DNA of 61,934 bases, filler included, from a bacterium (GTDB lineage: Bacteria; JAJRZV01), in NCBI GenBank assembly GCA_024275095.1. It is 4 parts of 4 records of this genome, joined end to end, with 100 filler letters (N's around TTAATTAATTAA, not from the genome) between each part and the next. Parts side by side here need not be neighbours in the genome. Positions count along the whole stretch, not along the records: positions 16,891 to 40,859 come from JAJRZV010000016.1; 3 more parts are not named here. One strand, written 5' to 3'. The position numbers and the translations under genes were made by a program. This document shows, piece after piece, positions 22,101 to 31,009 of the stretch (within the stretch, counting starts at the first letter, position 1; each line of letters begins with the position of its first letter). Below the pieces are notes generated by a model that saw nothing but the letters and a program-made list of their open reading frames with translations, was not told where the DNA came from and did no database searches.

Positions 22101-23811
22101 ACGGGCCCTCAACGTGCTTCAAAAAGCCCGCGAATCATTACCATCAAACACGGAAATAGCTCTTGCATACTGCGAATTGCTGGAGCGGCTTGAACGCTGG
22201 GAAGAGCTTGTAGAAGCCCTGAAAAAGCGACTGGAAATAGAACCGGTGGAAAACCATGCAGAGATTCACTTTAAAACAGGCCTGGTTTACGAAACATCAC
22301 TACAGGAAGAAGACCGCGCTATAGAAGAATATCATCTTGCAGTCGAAACCGACCCCTCGCACCTGGGCGCCATACAGCATCTTCTCATTCTTCATTACAA
22401 GCGCGGTAACAAAGAACTGGCTCTCAAGTTTGCCCAGGCTGTTAGAGGGCGAGAAGACGAATGCCCTGCGAATGTACTGTGCACCGCTGGATACGCATAT
22501 TTAGATGCGAAAAAACTTGATGAAGCAAAAACTCTCTTTGAAAAAGCACTGGAAAAAGACTCCAAGAACGTTGAAGCCATGAAAGGCCTCATGTCCATAC
22601 ATGAGGTCCAGGAGGACTGGGAGGCGTATTTTGCCACTGCCAGCGAATTCGCGTCAGCGCTGGAAAAAGAAAATCCCGACCTGGCAGCACGTATACATAC
22701 GGAAAGTGCAACAGTGGCACGCGAAAAATTAAATAAATCTGAAGATGCATTACATCAGTTGCGAAGAGCAGTAAATCTGGATCCCAAACTCTTCGATGCC
22801 CGGTTCCTTGCGGCAGACATCATGGTGAAAGACCTCAGAAAATACCGTGAAGCCATAAACGACGCGCGCCAAGCTCTTCAACTGGAACCTGAAAATGAAA
22901 TATTGTGGCATCATCTGGCAGAATGTCACTATGCAGTGAAACAACACGATCATCACTTTGTTGCTCTCGACGTACTTTCCTATTTCGGAAAGCTGACCGA
23001 AACAGAAAAACGACTGCACCAGGTGGCAGCTCAGCGGGCGCGCAGTTTCTGTGAATCTCCCGTACGCTGGGAAGAAGTGGAAAAATACACCCGTGCGCGG
23101 GAAGCCGTGGAGGAAGTTCTGGAAACAATGAAGGCTCTTGAGCGCACAGCATGGAATATTACAGGTCCGGTTACAGAACAATATAGCGAAAAAATACGTC
23201 CTGTTCCGGAACACGACAAAGCTCTCATTGACATAAGAGCAACGGAGAAATTGTTCGGAATGGAGAAGGTGCAGGTGTGGACCGCACCAGAACTCTTTAC
23301 TGCATCCCTTGCGGGGAAACCGGAAGTCATCCTTCCAGATGAAGTAGCACGCGATGTAAATGCCCGACGTTTCTTTTTCGCATTTGCTGCGTGGACTTTA
23401 AAACACAGCCTTTCCTTTCTCGTTTTCAATGATTTAAAAACAATCGGTACGCTCATCCGTTCGCTGGCAAAGTATTTCGACGTGGAAGTAAAAGGTGAAC
23501 TCGAACACGGAGAGCTCATCGATGAAAAACAGGTGAAAAAGGGACTTTCGTGGAAATCACGTTTTGAAATCAAAAATCCCGTCAAGAGTGCAGCATCGTT
23601 AAATACCCAAAATCTCGAAAAAGCAAAGCAACAAGCCCTGGAAAATGGTCTCCGATTTGCAGCTTCAAGTCTGGGAATGCCATCGCGGGTTCTTAAAGCA
23701 GCGGAGCAATTTACCCTTTATCCTGAAACCTTGCAATTTATACTGAAATTCTTTACATCAGAGACGTATTTTGCTTTAAGGAGAACACTCGACCTGAGTC
23801 TTGTAGGATAA
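19144..23811 (+). CDS. Giant TPR-repeat protein (1555 aa), resembling myxobacterial AgmK-like proteins
   Basis: Many TPR-like units (e.g. DSALKCYQELYEIAPGHLPVLDALRRLY); non-repeat C-terminal region; AgmK similarity is by recollection only. Confidence 0.75.
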   Translation: MEDILNRAQLISSPVERSTFLLIKGIERLQEGNPQEAKKFFEESLSVHPDNSAARTHLFALLVKDQDVDTAEALLRAAPDFNTNERWKYMLAVLLFRQGNKLEEALNITAELGERHPSLLATAATSLDRHKRGDLLVDFVLKHLEQFAGDIRRYVLERALKYAWNEKKDENTTATLLKAVFSAGDPHPAFLHNALEWAAHTGQWAKVQELLMQAAENTDDEKEKALLLMSAGEIAEVHLKNVQSALEAYTSSAKLYPSREVFNRIIILCEHEGDENTKKEFLREWIKIFPEDPEPRYELSRIFYRAGELSTAAELLVPVAGADPVIARFYLRILEDEGRWKDAAEFLRQYLDTLEKGETRESFIIQLAEILVHHLSDYETAESLLKPLLESEHVNPQGLSILAFIYREKNKWSDLVKVLDRLLAATTDPKETISYLMQKGEIYEFRLMDTDSALKCYQELYEIAPGHLPVLDALRRLYRKKKEWKRLLWVNDSKISLITDPAEHMALIRENAEIALHGLKDMEKFEGYLEQVVSYAPSDLDALSALFALAEKNSDKEKMLDVLKRIEESELSTDIKKRAIALQILLLLRENVSSAWECASRLLEANPSTELEWRALWACATAAGQEEKLAIEAVKLLPQISLEYLRRNVALAAAGVLDAMGNKNAALEALKSSNLSTQDLSAKLESMYCGENEELYSWVSPMEFRSEFLKKWKNYTSYLHEDAPPHSALKSEDDILFALLLALDARAEEGARVEALQRITAENEKRMLLPAVGLLEEKREVLENLPWDSITSAEAASVETEGLILDQIQLIEKSLEVLRQKEAVQEENLIALSLHLQSANRLDEALKLLEEINRPELRPQALITGAQMLEKAQRFQESARWLAKACELVKEPERRKETLHKLLVIQTEKLAAPEEAASTAISYLQEFPGDMEIVTTVTDTFKKQGKTEEAIDFIVNVTDHFPEEEIRALLFTSAADLAEKELNNPERALNVLQKARESLPSNTEIALAYCELLERLERWEELVEALKKRLEIEPVENHAEIHFKTGLVYETSLQEEDRAIEEYHLAVETDPSHLGAIQHLLILHYKRGNKELALKFAQAVRGREDECPANVLCTAGYAYLDAKKLDEAKTLFEKALEKDSKNVEAMKGLMSIHEVQEDWEAYFATASEFASALEKENPDLAARIHTESATVAREKLNKSEDALHQLRRAVNLDPKLFDARFLAADIMVKDLRKYREAINDARQALQLEPENEILWHHLAECHYAVKQHDHHFVALDVLSYFGKLTETEKRLHQVAAQRARSFCESPVRWEEVEKYTRAREAVEEVLETMKALERTAWNITGPVTEQYSEKIRPVPEHDKALIDIRATEKLFGMEKVQVWTAPELFTASLAGKPEVILPDEVARDVNARRFFFAFAAWTLKHSLSFLVFNDLKTIGTLIRSLAKYFDVEVKGELEHGELIDEKQVKKGLSWKSRFEIKNPVKSAASLNTQNLEKAKQQALENGLRFAASSLGMPSRVLKAAEQFTLYPETLQFILKFFTSETYFALRRTLDLSLVG

Positions 23812-23821
23812 GGAGGTTCAC

Positions 23822-24787
23822 ATGAGCAGGACACCACTTCATACAGAAGTATGTGATATTCTGGGCATACGTTATCCAATTCTGCTCGGTGGAATGGTGT
23901 GGGTTTCAAACTGGAGACTCGCCTCTGCTGTTTCTGAAGCAGGCGGGCTCGGAGTTATTGCCGGTGGAAGCTGTCTTTCTGCTGATGAACTAAAGGAAGA
24001 AATTCGTAAAACCCGTGACAATACAGACAAGCCTTTCGGCGTAAACATTCCCATCATGAATCCCAATTCTCCGTGGATGGTTGATGTATGCCTGGAAGAA
24101 AACGTTCCTGCTATTATCACCTCTGCAGGCAATCCCAAAACATACGCCGAAAAAATAAAGTCGACTGGCATTAAATTTCTTCACGTGGTTGCCACTCCCA
24201 GACAGGGACAAAAAGTTGAAGAGGCTGGAGCTGACATTATCGTGGCCGAGGGTATCGAGGCCGGAGGCCATGACAGCCCGATGGAAATCACCACCTTCGT
24301 GCTCATTCAAAGAATTACAGAACTCGTAAAAACCCCGGTGGTCGCTGCCGGTGGTATTGCCACAGGGCGTGCTCTCGTAGCCGCATTAGCCCTCGGAGCC
24401 AAAGGAGTGCAGATGGGTACACGGTTTATCCTCACACCAGAGTGCGAGGTACATGAAAACTTTAAAAAAGCCCTGCTTGAAGCCACTGAAGAACAGGTGG
24501 TACTTACCGCGCGCAGCGTGGGACATCCTGTCAGGTGCCTGCGCAACAAACTGGCCGAAGAAATACTCGAATGGGAGCGCAAAGGTGCATCAGACGCTGA
24601 ATTGATGGAAAAAATCGGGCCAGGTCGAAGCCGCAAAGCCGCAAGAGAAGGCGACGTAGAAGAAGGAACGGTTATGACAGGTCAATGTGTAGGCCTGGTC
24701 AAAGAAATAAAACCGGTAAAAGAGGTTATCGAAGAAATCATCAATGAAGCACATGCTGTTTTAAGCCGACTGAGTATCTCTTCCTGA
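23822..24787 (+). CDS. Nitronate monooxygenase / enoyl-ACP reductase FabK family flavoprotein
   Basis: GGMVWV, AEGIEAGGH, AAGGIATG, GVQMGTRF. Confidence 0.88.
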   Translation: MSRTPLHTEVCDILGIRYPILLGGMVWVSNWRLASAVSEAGGLGVIAGGSCLSADELKEEIRKTRDNTDKPFGVNIPIMNPNSPWMVDVCLEENVPAIITSAGNPKTYAEKIKSTGIKFLHVVATPRQGQKVEEAGADIIVAEGIEAGGHDSPMEITTFVLIQRITELVKTPVVAAGGIATGRALVAALALGAKGVQMGTRFILTPECEVHENFKKALLEATEEQVVLTARSVGHPVRCLRNKLAEEILEWERKGASDAELMEKIGPGRSRKAAREGDVEEGTVMTGQCVGLVKEIKPVKEVIEEIINEAHAVLSRLSISS

Positions 24788-24796
24788 ACAGGTACA

Positions 24797-26230
24797 GTGA
24801 GGGTTTACATTCCCGATAGTTTTCTGAACGACCTTGAAAAAGGTCCTTCACATGCTGTGAAAGCATTACGAAGACTCGTGCGTACCGGGGCCGTTACACT
24901 CTGGTCATCACGGAAAATAAAAATAAACAACCTGCCTGTTCAAAAAAGCTGGCCCGAAATGAAAGACGGTTTTTTTCACCTTAATTTGAAGAAAAGAAAA
25001 ATTAAAGGAGGGGTGGTAGAACATATCATTCAGACATTTGACAACCAATCAGTACCTCTGTTCACCATTTCACGAGAAAACGATCTCCTTCTGGAGGAAG
25101 TCAACGCTGCGGTAAAACGAGTCATTACAAGCGGACGTTTTGTGCTCGGTTCAGAAGTGGAAAAACTTGAAAAAGAGCTGAGTGCTTACCTCAATGTAAA
25201 ATACGCAGTCACTGTAAATTCAGGCACGGACGCCCTGGAGCTTGCACTTCGAGCACTCATTGATCATGCACCTGCAGGAGTTATTACCACCCCGTTTACA
25301 TTCCACGCTACAGTAGAAGCTATATTCAACGCGGAGCACATACCCTTCTTCGTTGACATTACTGAGACAGGTTTCTTGATGGATGCGACCGCAGTTGAAA
25401 ACTTCCTGAAGCGTGAGTGCAGAAAGGGCAGAGATGGCTGGATACACTCATCGGGCATACCTCTGCGAGCGTTACTGCCCGTTCACCTTTATGGAGAACC
25501 CTGCAACATGGAGGAACTGGAAGAAATAGCCCGTTCCGCAAAGCTTGTTATCATTGAAGATGCGGCCCAGGCATTTGGGGCAGTGCTCACGCGAAAAAAT
25601 CAATCCTTTTTTGCCGGCACTGTCAGCGACGCAGGCGCATTCTCATTCTATCCTTCCAAACCCCTGGGGGCACTGGGAGATGGAGGCGCAGTGGTTACAT
25701 CGAGCCAAAAAGTAGCAGAAGCAGTAAAAAAACTTCGAGACCACTGCCGTTCGGGAGCAACGCACGAAGGAATAGGAAGAAACAGTCGGCTCGACGAACT
25801 TCAGGCAGCAATACTGCGAGTAAAACTTAAACACGTAGAAAAATTTCAAAAAAGACGCGAACAGGTGGCCGCTTATTACATGAAGCACCAAAGGTTATTC
25901 AACGATAACCTTCACCTTCCTCATCCCCGGAATCATGTAAAACGTCACGCATGGCACCTGTTCACAATTCGTGCATGTGGAAGTACAGGTAGAGAATGGG
26001 TATCTTTGCTCAGAAAACACAATGTAGAAAGTCGTATCTACTATCCTCATCTCATTACTGACCTCCCATTCATATTCACTTGCAGTCCCCAAAAGCATAC
26101 GGAATTCCCCAATGCAAAGCAACGCACTCAGGAGGTTTTCTCCGTTCCCATGGGTGGAGCGCTGTCTCAAAAAGAAATAAACCGTGTTGTCCAGGCACTC
26201 ACAAGTTCAAAACACACAAAAAGAAAGTGA
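24797..26230 (+). CDS. DegT/DnrJ/EryC1/StrS PLP-dependent sugar aminotransferase
   Basis: NSGTDAL, PVHLYG, IEDAAQA, SFYPSKPLG, NSRLDELQAA; start uncertain because of an ~80-aa N-terminal extension. Confidence 0.9.
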   Translation: MRVYIPDSFLNDLEKGPSHAVKALRRLVRTGAVTLWSSRKIKINNLPVQKSWPEMKDGFFHLNLKKRKIKGGVVEHIIQTFDNQSVPLFTISRENDLLLEEVNAAVKRVITSGRFVLGSEVEKLEKELSAYLNVKYAVTVNSGTDALELALRALIDHAPAGVITTPFTFHATVEAIFNAEHIPFFVDITETGFLMDATAVENFLKRECRKGRDGWIHSSGIPLRALLPVHLYGEPCNMEELEEIARSAKLVIIEDAAQAFGAVLTRKNQSFFAGTVSDAGAFSFYPSKPLGALGDGGAVVTSSQKVAEAVKKLRDHCRSGATHEGIGRNSRLDELQAAILRVKLKHVEKFQKRREQVAAYYMKHQRLFNDNLHLPHPRNHVKRHAWHLFTIRACGSTGREWVSLLRKHNVESRIYYPHLITDLPFIFTCSPQKHTEFPNAKQRTQEVFSVPMGGALSQKEINRVVQALTSSKHTKRK

Positions 26231-27102
26231 AAGAAAACATTATACCGTGCATTTCCACCATTGTGTTTCTTTCTCTATACATTGCCGGTTGCGGTGGCGA
26301 GAGAACCTCGCTTCCAGAAACGTGCAACGGTTCGCCAGAATACTGCGCGCGACGGTACAATGAACTTGCGTATCCCACCGCCCACAATGCAATGTCGTGT
26401 GCAGACGCCGGGTGGGCCATGCCCAACCATTACCACTGCATAGAGCAACAACTACACGACGGCATACGCGCATTTATGCTGGACCTGCACTATTTTGGTG
26501 GAGAAGTATGTCTCTGTCACGGTGTATGCATGCTCGGTTACCGGCGACTGGAAGAAGCACTGAGAGTATTCAAATCCTTTCTTGAAACCAACCCCGGCGA
26601 AGTCCTCACTTTCATTTTCGAAAGTTACGTGGAACCAGAGGATGTAAAAAATATTTTTAAATCCACGGGGCTTCTCAAATATGTTCATTCCCAAAATCCG
26701 GATGAAGAGTGGCCCACACTCGAAGAAATGGTCACTTCCGGCATGCGACTCGTTGTTTTTACTGATTACGGTGGGGGAAGATATTCATGGTATCTGGACA
26801 TATGGAAGTTTGCCTGGGAGACGCCGTATTCGGTAAAGCATGGTGAAGAGTTCCCATGCACCGTCAACAGGGGGGAGCCGACAAATAGTCTCTTTATTCT
26901 CAATCACTTCGTCACCGATCCACTGGCCTTTCCTGACTATGCCAAAGAAGTAAACTCCTATTCCTCTCTCATCGAGCACATCCACCGGTGTGCTCTCTTA
27001 TACAACCGCCTGCCGAACTTTGTAGCCGTGGACTTTTATTCAGTGGGTGATCTCATGAAAGTGGTAAAAGAAGTTAATTCCTCACTCAAGCCTGCGCCAT
27101 GA
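26227..27102 (+). CDS. PI-PLC-like phosphodiesterase lipoprotein
   Basis: GTGA overlap with upstream stop; lipobox IAGC; AHNA, QLHDGIRAFMLD, LCHG, FLETNPGEV, PNFVAVDF. Confidence 0.8.
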   Translation: MKENIIPCISTIVFLSLYIAGCGGERTSLPETCNGSPEYCARRYNELAYPTAHNAMSCADAGWAMPNHYHCIEQQLHDGIRAFMLDLHYFGGEVCLCHGVCMLGYRRLEEALRVFKSFLETNPGEVLTFIFESYVEPEDVKNIFKSTGLLKYVHSQNPDEEWPTLEEMVTSGMRLVVFTDYGGGRYSWYLDIWKFAWETPYSVKHGEEFPCTVNRGEPTNSLFILNHFVTDPLAFPDYAKEVNSYSSLIEHIHRCALLYNRLPNFVAVDFYSVGDLMKVVKEVNSSLKPAP

Positions 27103-27927
27103 ACCGGTGAAATATACGAGCATAAGCCCGACAATAAGTAATAATATTGAACCTGTTAGACCTTCAGGTCCGGCAACGAGCATGTTGTACTCTGATGCAA
27201 AAACTGCCAGCGTACTGCCAGCGCTCATATAGACACCCCAGAAAACAGCAGAACACACCGCACTTCTCGTGCGCGCGTACACAGCACCCATAATTAACCC
27301 AAGGGAAAAACGATTGAAAAAAACCTCAATTGAACCGACGACAGGATGACCTGGATAAAGCACCCCTGACCATGCAAGGGGCACATGGTAAAGCGCCCAG
27401 GCCGTTGCTGAAAAGAGGAGTCCCGCAAACGAGGGCGTATCGTTCATGAGCCATTGCCTCCAGAACCACTCTGAAGGCCACGAAAAAAGGAATAGCACGG
27501 CCGGCCCTACAAAAAAACCTCCCAGGAAAACCGCCAGAAGCAAATGGATCTCTTTCACACCCTTGCGAGCGAGGTATTCTCTGAGAATTTCTTTTACCGC
27601 GGGCATATCCCACGAAAGAGATAGAAATCCCAGTGCCCACGAAACTCCGTATATAACTACAGGGATAAAAACGCCGGCTGCGTAAATCAACAGGAGATGT
27701 TTAACCCTCGTTGGAGAAGCCGTCGCCTGCACAGTCAATCCTGCACGGATGCAAAAAAGAAGTGCTGCAGCCGGGAAAAGAGGATGAAGCAATACCGATA
27801 TACTGCAAAAGCCGCGACCACATCCCTGGAGGAAACACCCCAGGCCCGCAGAAAACATAAGGGCAACTGCAATGAGTATCAGGCGAACACTACCTGCAAA
27901 CCGTGCTTTCACATCTTTTTTCTTCAT
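27082..27927 (-). CDS. CPBP (CAAX protease/Abi) family membrane protein with degenerate motifs
   Basis: PSEWFWRQWL, WALYHVP, RTRSAV, LVAGPEGL; multi-TM. Confidence 0.65.
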   Translation of the reverse strand: MKKKDVKARFAGSVRLILIAVALMFSAGLGCFLQGCGRGFCSISVLLHPLFPAAALLFCIRAGLTVQATASPTRVKHLLLIYAAGVFIPVVIYGVSWALGFLSLSWDMPAVKEILREYLARKGVKEIHLLLAVFLGGFFVGPAVLFLFSWPSEWFWRQWLMNDTPSFAGLLFSATAWALYHVPLAWSGVLYPGHPVVGSIEVFFNRFSLGLIMGAVYARTRSAVCSAVFWGVYMSAGSTLAVFASEYNMLVAGPEGLTGSILLLIVGLMLVYFTGSWRRLE

Positions 27928-28649
27928 ATTTTCACGGGTATCTCCTTGTTCAAATACACCCTGGGGACATCCACCCGTGCCTGAAAAGCGCGTACGCGGA
28001 CTCCTGCTTTCACGGCATCTCGAACAGCGACAGCGAATAGGGGATCCACTTCTTCGTTCAGTCCCACGGAGCTCGCCAGAGCAGAACCAGCGACAAATAC
28101 AAGTTCGCAGTGCTTGCCATGCCTCGCCAATCGTGTCATGACATCTACATGATGCTTTCCCCGGACTGTCGGCGCGTCTGGAAACAAGAACAAGCCTTTT
28201 CTGTCCTTCATCAGGTTAACACCCTTCACTTCTATCACCTTTTTCACACGGCCCCTGTGAAGAATCACAAAATCAAAACGCACATCTTCCATATAGAATT
28301 CACGCTTTATCCTCTCCGGGGAATGAATTTGAAGAAGGTAACAAAAAAACAATTCATTGGGAAGGGACGAATTGACAATGAAAAAATGACCACGGCGAAT
28401 GGCAAAGTAAAGTGTCCACTCTGTTTTCCTGGAAACTGAAAGACGCTCTCTTTTCACCACAACCTCTGCCCCGGGGAACAGCAATTCGTTTAAACGGCCG
28501 GAATCCCTGAGATGAGCAAGAACGGGTACGTCATCAATACGGACCTCTGCAAGGAACCGGTTAAGACGGCGCACAAAAATCCCCTCTCTCAATTCTCCTC
28601 TTATGTGAAAGGTCGGTATAATGGAATTATTGAAGTTTCCAGGCCTCAT
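27924..28649 (-). CDS. sfsA: DNA/RNA nuclease SfsA
   Basis: RRLNRF, HLRDSGRLNELL, RFDF, EVKGVNL, FPDAPTVRGKHH; start uncertain. Confidence 0.88.
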   Translation of the reverse strand: MRPGNFNNSIIPTFHIRGELREGIFVRRLNRFLAEVRIDDVPVLAHLRDSGRLNELLFPGAEVVVKRERLSVSRKTEWTLYFAIRRGHFFIVNSSLPNELFFCYLLQIHSPERIKREFYMEDVRFDFVILHRGRVKKVIEVKGVNLMKDRKGLFLFPDAPTVRGKHHVDVMTRLARHGKHCELVFVAGSALASSVGLNEEVDPLFAVAVRDAVKAGVRVRAFQARVDVPRVYLNKEIPVKI

Positions 28650-29550
28650 AATTGTCATCTTTATCTTTACTCCTGTAACCGCCTCTTCACAAAATTTTCT
28701 TATACAAAAAACCCGTCTCGCCATCTTTCATTATCACCCTTCCGACGCCCTCTTTGCCAGGTACGTGATCAAGGACTTTGACAGGTACGTATCCACAATG
28801 ATGGAAAAAGCAGGGATATCTCAATTTCAAGAAAAAATTAAGATCTTTATTGCTCCCGGAAAGGAAGAATTCTTCCAGTATCAACGCAATAAATTTCTCC
28901 CTCCATGGGCTGTTGGAACTGCATATTCACACGAACTTCTGGTATTCGTACTTTCTCCGTGGGCCATCAACACATCGTTAAAAGCCGCTAAAAAAACAGT
29001 ATTTCACGAAGTAGCTCACCTTATCGTGGACCAATGCCTCGGTAAAAAAGAAATACCCCGGTGGCTATCTGAAGGTCTTGCCATGTACCTCTCGAATGAA
29101 TGGGAAGTGCTTAACTCTGTGGAACTGGCACGTGCTGCACTGGGCGGCTACCTTTATCCTTTGAGTATGCTGGGGAGCTATTTTCCTGAAAAAGCTCACA
29201 GGGCAAACCTCGCATACTCCCAGTCTGCTTCGTTCGTGTGGTTCCTGGTGGGGCAGGCAGGGAGTGTCAAAAACTTACTGGACTCCATCTATCATGCACC
29301 TTCCTGGAAGGTGGGAATTAAAAAAGCAACTGGGAATGGCGTCTACTACCTTTTCTCACAGTGGAAAAAACGCGTTCGCAGGCGTTATACCTGGATAAGC
29401 ATACTCGGAAGCGCTACAACATTCTGGTTTCTAATGAGCATATTCTTCATCCTTTCTTATGTATTCAAGCGACACAGAACTCGAAAAAAAATGGAACAAA
29501 TGGACCAGGAAGAAAACGGGTTTTCATCCCCCGACAATTTACTTCATTAA
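28621..29550 (+). CDS. Peptidase MA-like zinc metallopeptidase with signal peptide and C-terminal TM
   Basis: HEVAH (HExxH) followed by PRWLSEGLA. Confidence 0.8.
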   Translation: MELLKFPGLIIVIFIFTPVTASSQNFLIQKTRLAIFHYHPSDALFARYVIKDFDRYVSTMMEKAGISQFQEKIKIFIAPGKEEFFQYQRNKFLPPWAVGTAYSHELLVFVLSPWAINTSLKAAKKTVFHEVAHLIVDQCLGKKEIPRWLSEGLAMYLSNEWEVLNSVELARAALGGYLYPLSMLGSYFPEKAHRANLAYSQSASFVWFLVGQAGSVKNLLDSIYHAPSWKVGIKKATGNGVYYLFSQWKKRVRRRYTWISILGSATTFWFLMSIFFILSYVFKRHRTRKKMEQMDQEENGFSSPDNLLH

Positions 29551-29562
29551 GCTCTATCAAAT

Positions 29563-29594
29563 AAAAAGCGGGGTGCCAGGGTTGGGCACCCCGC
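29563..29594 (-). terminator. Rho-independent terminator for the 29644-30828 gene
   Basis: 10-bp perfect stem GCGGGGTGCC/GGCACCCCGC, 7-nt loop, then T5 on the minus strand. Confidence 0.8.
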
Positions 29595-29643
29595 GGGAAC
29601 CTTCTAAATTACACTCAATGTTTCTTCTACGAACCGATCCCCA

Positions 29644-30828
29644 TCACGAACCACAGACGGCATCAGTAACGTCAACTCCGTTGTAAATCACAGCAGCGGG
29701 ACAGCCGTCTGTACAAATCTGGTCTGAGAAATCAAGCTGTAGTGTATCCACCCCGTTGGACAGGGTTACGCTTCCATCGAATGGTTCGTTATCTTCTAAA
29801 AGAGAAGAATAGTAGCAATTTGCATAATCCATAACAACGGAATCGAAATCAACGCTTCCGTAACCGCCTTCTGTCCCATTCCACCATGCATTTTCAAGAA
29901 AACCGTCGATGGTGAACCCATAATCAGAAGCATCTTTAACCCACAGGTTATCCACAACACCGTATTCAGCCATGTAACAGTCCGTAATATCAGTCCAGTT
30001 TACAGGGCAATCCATTGAGCCGTACTCCAGGTCTATGTAATAGTCAGGATAGGTAGAAGAATTGGTATAGGATGTCTGTACGGTTCCTTTCGCTGCCTCC
30101 TCGTAATACCCCTCGCTCGTGTCCTGGAGCTGATAATAAGCCAGATCCAGATTGACCTCTTCAGTAGCAGGGTCGTAAGAACCGTCCACATATATCACAG
30201 CGACAAAATGAAAAGAGTTACCCAAATCGTCTGTACCGTTGAGGTCGGCATTTACAATGAATGTGCCACTGTTTTCTCCCTTAATTCGAATTTCCACATA
30301 AGCCTTTCCTTCAATATGAGCACCCTGCACGTCACAGGAACCGTCAAACTTGATGATCATGTAGGTGCACGAGGAAGAAGAGTAAGTGGTATCGTAGCAA
30401 TCCGTATCAACCTGGACCGCATTTCCACAATAGGTGGTGAGATCAAAAGGATCCTCAATTACCTCCTGAAGCGGTTTAATCTTCAGCGCTTTCTTCGTCA
30501 TCCCAAGCACCGCGGGAGGGGAAAGGGACGAGCCTGATTGGGTGAACATAGAAAAAGCGCTGGCCATGTCCACGCCGGGAAGAGAACTCACATCGCTGAA
30601 ACCTCTCACGCCCTGGTCTCCCAGAAGGGCTGCCGGTTGAAAATCAGAGCTGCCGGGATCCAGAGGAACGGGCTCAGCCGTCTCCTTGATTTGATTAATA
30701 CCTTGGGAAACTTCAGCATCTGCTTTGTTCTGCGCGTCTTCCTTGGTTACAGCCGAGGGTCCGCTTTCCCCGCAGCCAAACACGAAAAATAACATCGCCA
30801 TCCCTGCTATTCCTATCTTCCATTTCAT
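29644..30828 (-). CDS. Acidic Cys-containing lipoprotein of unknown function
   Basis: MKWK...VFGC lipobox; SD GGAGGTG; Asp/Tyr/Gly rich, beta-strand-like patterns. Confidence 0.8.
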   Translation of the reverse strand: MKWKIGIAGMAMLFFVFGCGESGPSAVTKEDAQNKADAEVSQGINQIKETAEPVPLDPGSSDFQPAALLGDQGVRGFSDVSSLPGVDMASAFSMFTQSGSSLSPPAVLGMTKKALKIKPLQEVIEDPFDLTTYCGNAVQVDTDCYDTTYSSSSCTYMIIKFDGSCDVQGAHIEGKAYVEIRIKGENSGTFIVNADLNGTDDLGNSFHFVAVIYVDGSYDPATEEVNLDLAYYQLQDTSEGYYEEAAKGTVQTSYTNSSTYPDYYIDLEYGSMDCPVNWTDITDCYMAEYGVVDNLWVKDASDYGFTIDGFLENAWWNGTEGGYGSVDFDSVVMDYANCYYSSLLEDNEPFDGSVTLSNGVDTLQLDFSDQICTDGCPAAVIYNGVDVTDAVCGS

Positions 30829-30870
30829 GTCCTCACCTCCTGGAAATGTTCATTTTTTTCTTTCCATTCC

Positions 30871-30945
30871 TGGAGCCGGCGGCCAGATTTGAACTGGCGA
30901 CCTGCTGATTACGAATCAGCTGCTCTACCGCTGAGCTACGCCGGC
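30871..30945 (-). tRNA. tRNA-Thr(CGT)
   Basis: GCCGGCG acceptor stem, anticodon arm GCTGA-TTCGTAA-TCAGC, TTCAAAT T-loop, encoded CCA. Confidence 0.95.
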
Positions 30946-31009
30946 CTGCTACTTTAAATAAAGTTTCTCCCACCTCCCTGCACCGTGCTGATTTATCCTA
31001 TCCCCTGCC

